Shown in pieces: positions 58,166 through 64,000 of a stretch of 64,000 bases of DNA (within the stretch, counting starts at the first letter, position 1; each line of letters opens with the position of its first letter). Both the position numbers and the translations under genes were made by a program. The DNA comes from an uncultured Ruminococcus sp. Lineage in GTDB: Bacteria > Bacillota > Clostridia > Oscillospirales > CAG-272. The notes below the pieces were generated by a model, which saw only the letters and a list, made by a program, of their open reading frames with translations, made no database searches and was not told the DNA's origin. Location: the NCBI GenBank assembly GCA_964590755.1, contig CAZPYK010000002.1, positions 11,135 to 75,134 on the forward strand, given 5' to 3'.

Positions 58166-59251
58166 ATGTCGAACAGATTGTTTCAAAGTGTTATCCATCA
58201 AATGAAGGATTCGGTAGATCGCACCATAGGAGTGGTCGATGAATCCAACAGCATCATTGCCTGCTCGGAACTCGTAAAGATAGGTGAATTCATGCCGGGT
58301 ATGCGGGATGATCTGCTCTATTCATCCGAGACCGTGTGCCGTGGCGGCTACACGTACCGTCCCGTGAGCAGCAACACCAGATCCGAGTATACCGTGTTCG
58401 TTGAGGGCGAGGACAAGATGGCCGAAGTGCTTGCCAAGATGCTTTCGGTGTCTCTTTCCAACATTAAGGAGCTCTACGACGAAAAGTACGACAAGGGGTC
58501 CTTTATCAAGAATATCATTCTTGACAACATTCTTCCCAGCGATATCTATATCAAGTCCAAGGAACTTCATTTCAACACAGAAGAGTTCCGCGTCGTCTTT
58601 TTGATCAAATTCAACGGCAAGACCGATATGATGCCGTTTGAGATGCTTCAAAACATGTTCCCGGACAAGCCGCGCGATTACATTATCAGCGTGGGAGAGC
58701 GCGATATCGTGCTTGTGAAGGAGCTGAAGCCTTCCACCGAGATGCGCGAGGTCGAAAAGATCGCGGTAAAGATATCGGATACCCTGAGCACCGAATTCTT
58801 CTCAAAGGTGTCCATAGGTATATCCACCATAGTGGATAACATCAAGGATCTTGCGAGAGCATACAAGGAGGCTCAGATCGCCATTGAGGTCGGAAGAGTA
58901 TTTGAATCGGAGAAGAATATCATAAGCTATGACAATCTCGGTATAGGCAGACTTATATATCAGCTGCCCACCACGCTTTGCGAGATGTTCCTGCAGGAGG
59001 TCTTCAAGAAGGGCAGCCTTGAGATGCTCGATCGCGAGACGCTTATGACCATACAGTGCTTCTTTGAGAACAATCTGAACGTGTCCGAGACATCGCGCAA
59101 GCTGTTTGTGCACAGAAATACGCTTGTGTACAGACTTGAAAAGATACGCAAGGTGACCGGACTTGATCTTCGCGAGTTCGAGCATGCCATAACCTTTAAG
59201 GTCGCGCTCATGGTCAAGCAGTATCTGAATTCAAAGCCCGCAAAATATTGA
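58166..59251 (+). CDS. CdaR/PucR family transcriptional regulator
   Basis: C-terminal FFENNLNVSETSRKLFVHRNTLVYRLEKI HTH; conserved position upstream of ftsE. Confidence 0.88.
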   Translation: MSNRLFQSVIHQMKDSVDRTIGVVDESNSIIACSELVKIGEFMPGMRDDLLYSSETVCRGGYTYRPVSSNTRSEYTVFVEGEDKMAEVLAKMLSVSLSNIKELYDEKYDKGSFIKNIILDNILPSDIYIKSKELHFNTEEFRVVFLIKFNGKTDMMPFEMLQNMFPDKPRDYIISVGERDIVLVKELKPSTEMREVEKIAVKISDTLSTEFFSKVSIGISTIVDNIKDLARAYKEAQIAIEVGRVFESEKNIISYDNLGIGRLIYQLPTTLCEMFLQEVFKKGSLEMLDRETLMTIQCFFENNLNVSETSRKLFVHRNTLVYRLEKIRKVTGLDLREFEHAITFKVALMVKQYLNSKPAKY

Positions 59252-59297
59252 GCGAGGTCTGCTCGATCCTTTTCGTTGCAACCGGCAAAAACGGATA

Positions 59298-59954
59298 ATG
59301 ATAGAATTTAAGAACGTAGTTAAAGAATATTCCGATATAGCTGCTCTGAAAGACGCGAATTTTACGATCAATGACGGCGAATTCGTGTTCATAGTCGGAC
59401 ATTCCGGCGCGGGAAAGACGACGGTAACGCGTGTGCTTCTGCGTCAAGAGAAGGTCACATCGGGTCAGATATTGGTCGACGGTGTGGATATCACAAAGCT
59501 CCCCGAAAAGGCGATCCCTCTTTATCGCCGCAAGATCGGCATGGTATTTCAGGATTTCAGATTGTTTCAAGACAAGACCGCATATGAGAATGTGGCATTT
59601 GCCATGCGTGTGGTAGGCACTCCGAGCAGAGAGATAAAGCAGCGCGTGCCCGCATTGCTACGGATAGTCAATATGGATGCCAAAGCCGACCACCGTCCCG
59701 GTGAGCTGTCCGGCGGCGAGCAACAAAGGATAGCGCTCGCAAGAGCCATTGCCAACAATCCCGATATAATCGTTGCGGATGAGCCTACGGGAAACGTCGA
59801 CCCGAACATGAGCCGCGATATTATGAATATGCTTTTGAGGATCAATCAAAAGCTGGGCAAAACCGTGCTCGTCGTGACTCACGAGCAAAATCTGGTGGAT
59901 ACGCTCGGTCAGCGCGTGATAAATATATCTCACGGGCACGTGGCGGAGGGATAA
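59298..59954 (+). CDS. ftsE: Cell division ATP-binding protein FtsE
   Basis: GEFVFIVGHSGAGKT, VFQDFRL, LSGGEQQR, ADEPTGNVDP. Confidence 0.9.
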   Translation: MIEFKNVVKEYSDIAALKDANFTINDGEFVFIVGHSGAGKTTVTRVLLRQEKVTSGQILVDGVDITKLPEKAIPLYRRKIGMVFQDFRLFQDKTAYENVAFAMRVVGTPSREIKQRVPALLRIVNMDAKADHRPGELSGGEQQRIALARAIANNPDIIVADEPTGNVDPNMSRDIMNMLLRINQKLGKTVLVVTHEQNLVDTLGQRVINISHGHVAEG

Positions 59955-60137
59955 GGTCCATGAGCGGTCGTCTCAACAAGATCGCTTCGGTGTAAAGTGT
60001 CATATTGACCGTCATGACAAGCCGTCGGTGCTCGGAGCCTTCCGACCACCGACGGTATAACGGTAAAGAGCTTTTGACGGCAAATGCCGTCGAGGAAAAA
60101 CCAAAGGATGCCCGTGCATTCGGGCTGTGATTCGGAT

Positions 60138-61088
60138 ATGAGTGAAGATAATAACATAAAAACGGTTAAGCCGAAGGCGAGCGGTTCCTCCGCGCGCGGA
60201 AGGTACGATCCGTTTTACTTTATTTGGCTGTCTGTACAAAGCATGTGGCGCAATCGGATAATGTCGGTGGCGTCGATACTGGTGCTTACCTCTTGTCTTA
60301 TATTGCTGGGGTGCTTTGGTATGCTTTTTGAAAATTTGAATACAAATCTTTCAAAACTCAGACTTTTGAATGAAATGGTCGTTTATGTCGATTACGATCT
60401 TGACGGCGAAAATGTCAATCGCATATATGATCAGATAAAAAAGCTTGACAATATAAAAAGTGTTGAGTATATCTCAAAGGATAAGGCTCTCGATGAAATG
60501 AGAGAAACATACGCCGATTATTCAGAACTTTTTGATTCATTGGAAGAGAATGGTGACAATCCGTTGCCCGATTCATTTGTCGTTACATACAACGACAACG
60601 ATAAAGCCAGCGAACTGGAATTTGATCTGCATTCCATCGAGGGTGTTATAAAGGTAAATAACAGACTTGAACTGGCAAATGAAGCCGAGGGGCTTAAAAA
60701 CGGCATATCGGTAGTGTTTGTTTGGTTCTTTGTGCTTTTGCTTTTGGTCAGTGTTTTTGTAATTTTCAATACCGTAAAGCTTGCGGTTCATTCGCGGCGT
60801 GCCGAGATCGATATCATGAGATATATCGGCGCCACCGGGTCGTTTATTGTCGCACCGTTTATTATTGAGGGCGTTATGATAGGCGTGCTTTCCGGAGCAA
60901 TCGGGTATTTTGTTACAAAGGGGCTTTATCGTTATGCCGTGGAAAGTTCTATAGGCAAATTACAGATGATAGAATTTCTGCCGTTTTCCGACTTCGGCGT
61001 TGCTCTTCTTGTGGGATTTATTTTGCTGGGCACTCTGACAGGTATTGTGGCGAGTGTTATGTCGTTGAGGCGCAACCTTAACAAATGA
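60138..61088 (+). CDS. ftsX: Cell division permease FtsX
   Basis: RNRIMSVAS, YISKDKAL, NPLPDSF, NTVKLAVHSRRAEIDIMRYIGAT..FIVAPFIIEG; start uncertain. Confidence 0.9.
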   Translation: MSEDNNIKTVKPKASGSSARGRYDPFYFIWLSVQSMWRNRIMSVASILVLTSCLILLGCFGMLFENLNTNLSKLRLLNEMVVYVDYDLDGENVNRIYDQIKKLDNIKSVEYISKDKALDEMRETYADYSELFDSLEENGDNPLPDSFVVTYNDNDKASELEFDLHSIEGVIKVNNRLELANEAEGLKNGISVVFVWFFVLLLLVSVFVIFNTVKLAVHSRRAEIDIMRYIGATGSFIVAPFIIEGVMIGVLSGAIGYFVTKGLYRYAVESSIGKLQMIEFLPFSDFGVALLVGFILLGTLTGIVASVMSLRRNLNK

Positions 61089-61136
61089 CGGAGGCTTGCG
61101 CTGTTTTGTGCTTTGCGCGAAAGAAAGGTTTGATCT

Positions 61137-62471
61137 ATGATGCATCAGAACGAAAAAAGAAATAACAAGAATATTCGTGCCAATGTGAGACGCATATTGG
61201 CATTGGTTATAATGCTTGCCGTTTTGTCGGTTGTGTTGCCAATGTACACGCTGGCTGCGGATGTTGGTTATGACGATATAAAGAACGACGATACCGAGTC
61301 GTTGCGCCAACAGATAGAAAAGTATACGGCTTTGGCCAATGCCACAGCGGCCAAGATAGCCGAAGCCAATGCCGAAAAATCCGATGCGCTTGCCGCCAAG
61401 GCGCTCTATGATGAGATGCATAACATATATACCGAGCAGTTGGCACTTTTGGAGCGCCAAAGATCAGAGCTGGAGAATAATTTTGACGAGCTTGAGGCGG
61501 AAACCGCGCGTCTTGAAGCGGAATATCAGCAAAGCTATGAAAATTTTATGGATCTTTTGCGTATGACTTACGAGTCCGGCACGTCGGAATATATAGCAAT
61601 TATTCTCGGAGCGGAAGATCTGGTCGATCTTCTTTCGCGAATAGAGCGTGTGTCGAGTATGATCAGTTATAACAGCCGCCTTATGAAGCGAGCCGAAAGT
61701 GCCAAGGAAGATCTCGAACAGAAAAAAAGCGAGCTTGAGGAGAGCAGACAAAAGCTGGATGATGCCGCAAAAAGAATAAACGAGAAAGAGGCTGAGCTTG
61801 AAAAGTGGGATGAAGAAAACGAGGCTCTGCTTGCCGAGCTTGAGGCTAAGATCAAGGCAGATACAAATGAGGCTGATGAGTATAAATCTGCGCTTGAAAA
61901 AGCCAATGAAGAATTTGACGAGCTTGTAGAGCGGATGATAGCCGAGGAGCAGGAGCGGCAAAAAAAGATCGCGGAAGAGCTGAAACGCCAACAGCTTGAG
62001 GAGGCTGAGCGTCAGCGCTTGGAGCTTGAGCGCATACAGCAGGAGGAGATGGAGAACGAGAGCGCGGCTCAGGACTATATTTGGCCACTGCCGAAAAATT
62101 ACGCTCGCATAACCTCATGGTTCAATGAGGATCGTCAGTTGATTGAGATAGGATACTCGGATACTCATGGCGGAATGGATATTGCCGCGCCGAACGGCAC
62201 TCCCATATATGCCGTAAAGACCGGACGCGTGATAATTGCCGGTTGGGTCTCCGGATATGGTAACTGTGTTATGATAGATCACGGCAACGGTGTCGTTTCG
62301 ATATACGGTCACGCTTCAAAGCTGCTTTGCAAGGTCGGAGATATAGTCAAGCAGGGGCAGACTATCGCTCTTGTGGGTCTTACCGGTATTACCACCGGAT
62401 ATCATCTGCACATAGAATTCAGATTGAATTCAAAACGGGTAGAGCCGTTGGATTACTTAACTATTCCGTAA
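61137..62471 (+). CDS. Coiled-coil M23 family peptidase (EnvC-like murein hydrolase/activator)
   Basis: Signal peptide, long coiled coil, HGGMD, GYGN, YGH, HLH. Confidence 0.9.
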   Translation: MMHQNEKRNNKNIRANVRRILALVIMLAVLSVVLPMYTLAADVGYDDIKNDDTESLRQQIEKYTALANATAAKIAEANAEKSDALAAKALYDEMHNIYTEQLALLERQRSELENNFDELEAETARLEAEYQQSYENFMDLLRMTYESGTSEYIAIILGAEDLVDLLSRIERVSSMISYNSRLMKRAESAKEDLEQKKSELEESRQKLDDAAKRINEKEAELEKWDEENEALLAELEAKIKADTNEADEYKSALEKANEEFDELVERMIAEEQERQKKIAEELKRQQLEEAERQRLELERIQQEEMENESAAQDYIWPLPKNYARITSWFNEDRQLIEIGYSDTHGGMDIAAPNGTPIYAVKTGRVIIAGWVSGYGNCVMIDHGNGVVSIYGHASKLLCKVGDIVKQGQTIALVGLTGITTGYHLHIEFRLNSKRVEPLDYLTIP

Positions 62472-62503
62472 AGCGTTTGCTTTGCGACGGAGGTCTTTGA
62501 TAA

Positions 62504-63817
62504 ATGTCAAAAAAAGTTTCGGTATCTGTGCTCATTTTTTCCATAGTGGCGGCAATCTTGCTTTCATTTATGAGTGCATATGCAGTATGTACCGCAATGT
62601 TCAACGATGCTCTGATAAAGCTGAGTCAAGGTTATACCGCAGGCAGCGGAAATGATGATTTCGATACCATTTTGAATATAATAAAAGAAAACGAGCTTTT
62701 CGAGTTTGGCGACGATGTGGATTATACCGGTTTTGCCGAGTGGCTGGGCGGAGAGATAGGTGACGACTATCTTATCTACTATACGCCGGAGGAATTTGAG
62801 TCGCTCTATGCCAGCAATGAGGGCAAAAATTCCGCCAGCCTCGGTATATCCATTATAAAGAGCGATGACGGAAAGGCGCTTGAGGTTGTGTCGGTTAACT
62901 TGAATTCCCCCGCATATTTGGCGGGTGTGCGCGAGGGCGATCGCATCATCGAGGTAATAGAAGACGGAAGCAGTCTCACCGTGGAGTCTCTCGGATATGA
63001 GGAAGCGGTGTCACACCTTCAAGGCGAGGCGGGAACCGGTGCGAATTTTATCATCTTGCGCGGAAGCGAGAGAATTGAGTTTTCCATAATTAGGCAGGAG
63101 TACGAATCCCCGTCTGTGTTATATCATGTTAACGCGTTGCATCCTAACGTCGGAGTGATAAAGATATTACAATTTAATCTGACAACACCGACGCAGTTCA
63201 AAGAAGCAATGGATGCTCTGATAAGCGACGGTTGTGAATATTTTGTTTTTGATGTGCGTTCCAATCCCGGAGGGGATCTTAATTCCGTTTCCGCGGTGCT
63301 CAGTTATATTCTCAATGAAGGTGATATAGTTATTCGTATCGCCAAACGCGGAGAGGAACCGAAGGTATATCGTACTGTAACCGAAGTGAATTACGGTGAC
63401 GGAGCATATGAATCCTGCAGTGTGGCCAAAAACGAGATAGCTAAATATCGTTCCGCAGTGGAAGGTAAGTGCGTTATTATAACCGACGGCAACACCGCAA
63501 GCGCGGGCGAACTCTTTACAGCGGCGCTGAAGGATTATGAAATAGCGTCAACGGTCGGAACGACCACATTCGGGAAGGGCATTATGCAGCAGCTGTATAC
63601 ACTTTCCGGTGTGTACGGAGATTATTCAAAAGGTGGCTTGCGTGTTACGACGGAAATGTACTATCCGCCTCTTTCCGATTATTATCACGGAATAGGACTT
63701 ACCCCTGATGTTACGGTCGAGCTTGATGCCGCATTGCAAAGCAAAAAAATATACGAGCTCACCGACGAGGAAGACAATCAACTCAAGTCCGCTCTGGAAG
63801 TGTTGGGGATTTCGTGA
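62504..63817 (+). CDS. S41 family C-terminal processing protease (CtpA-like, PDZ)
   Basis: SPAYLAGVREGD PDZ, DVRSNPGG, TASAGE, TFGKG. Confidence 0.9.
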   Translation: MSKKVSVSVLIFSIVAAILLSFMSAYAVCTAMFNDALIKLSQGYTAGSGNDDFDTILNIIKENELFEFGDDVDYTGFAEWLGGEIGDDYLIYYTPEEFESLYASNEGKNSASLGISIIKSDDGKALEVVSVNLNSPAYLAGVREGDRIIEVIEDGSSLTVESLGYEEAVSHLQGEAGTGANFIILRGSERIEFSIIRQEYESPSVLYHVNALHPNVGVIKILQFNLTTPTQFKEAMDALISDGCEYFVFDVRSNPGGDLNSVSAVLSYILNEGDIVIRIAKRGEEPKVYRTVTEVNYGDGAYESCSVAKNEIAKYRSAVEGKCVIITDGNTASAGELFTAALKDYEIASTVGTTTFGKGIMQQLYTLSGVYGDYSKGGLRVTTEMYYPPLSDYYHGIGLTPDVTVELDAALQSKKIYELTDEEDNQLKSALEVLGIS

Positions 63818-63922
63818 ATATTTCGAGCAACCAAAAGTTTTCAATCCGGCGTGATAAAGAATTAAAAATAAGATAATTATTAAAATAAACATGCCGCCCG
63901 CGGCGGCAGAACGGAGATAAAA

Positions 63923-64000
63923 ATGGTCAAAGAACAAAAGCTTACATTTACACAACAAGGCTACAACGAACTGGTAACTGAGCTCAATTATTTAAAAAAT
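63923..64000 (+). CDS. greA: Transcription elongation factor GreA (partial, runs off the right edge)
   Basis: GGAG RBS; MVKEQKLTFTQQGYNELVTELNYLK matches the GreA N-terminus pattern. Confidence 0.7.
   Translation, partial: MVKEQKLTFTQQGYNELVTELNYLKN

Noticed and set aside
1-64000. CRISPR arrays, tRNA/rRNA genes, prophage, integrase or transposase genes
   Set aside because: None were recognised by eye: no regularly spaced repeats and no such protein motifs in the ORF track. A covariance-model scan could still find small RNAs.

Overview
This is a chromosomal window from a moderately GC-rich Firmicute. Gene order suggests an Oscillospirales/Clostridia-like organism (inference). Most of it is housekeeping: dusB, a GlpA-like oxidoreductase triad, yybS-gdpP-rplI-dnaB-tilS-hpt-ftsH, rlmB, the TIGR03960/TIGR03936 radical SAM pair, htpG, comEC, rsmE, and cdaR-ftsEX-M23-ctpA-greA. 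It also holds three ABC systems: a polar amino acid importer under a lysine riboswitch, a nucleoside importer under a guanine-type purine riboswitch, and a GldA/F/G-DUF4340 type exporter. The most notable items are: (1) a standalone TerB-N/TerB-C + BrxD-like (DUF2791) ATPase + Lhr-like helicase operon, a candidate defence/stress system with no BREX core in the window; (2) a 980-aa protein with a very acidic N-terminus fused to a degenerate P1B-type ATPase scaffold; (3) a circularly permuted amino acid binding protein; (4) a yhbD + bactofilin-like pair with a triple TAACAnnGTTA operator, split by a MITE-like insert; (5) an unannotated 27-aa ORF in the leader of an XRE gene. No rRNA, tRNA, CRISPR array, integrase or transposase was seen. 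All family calls come from motif recognition by eye, not database searches.
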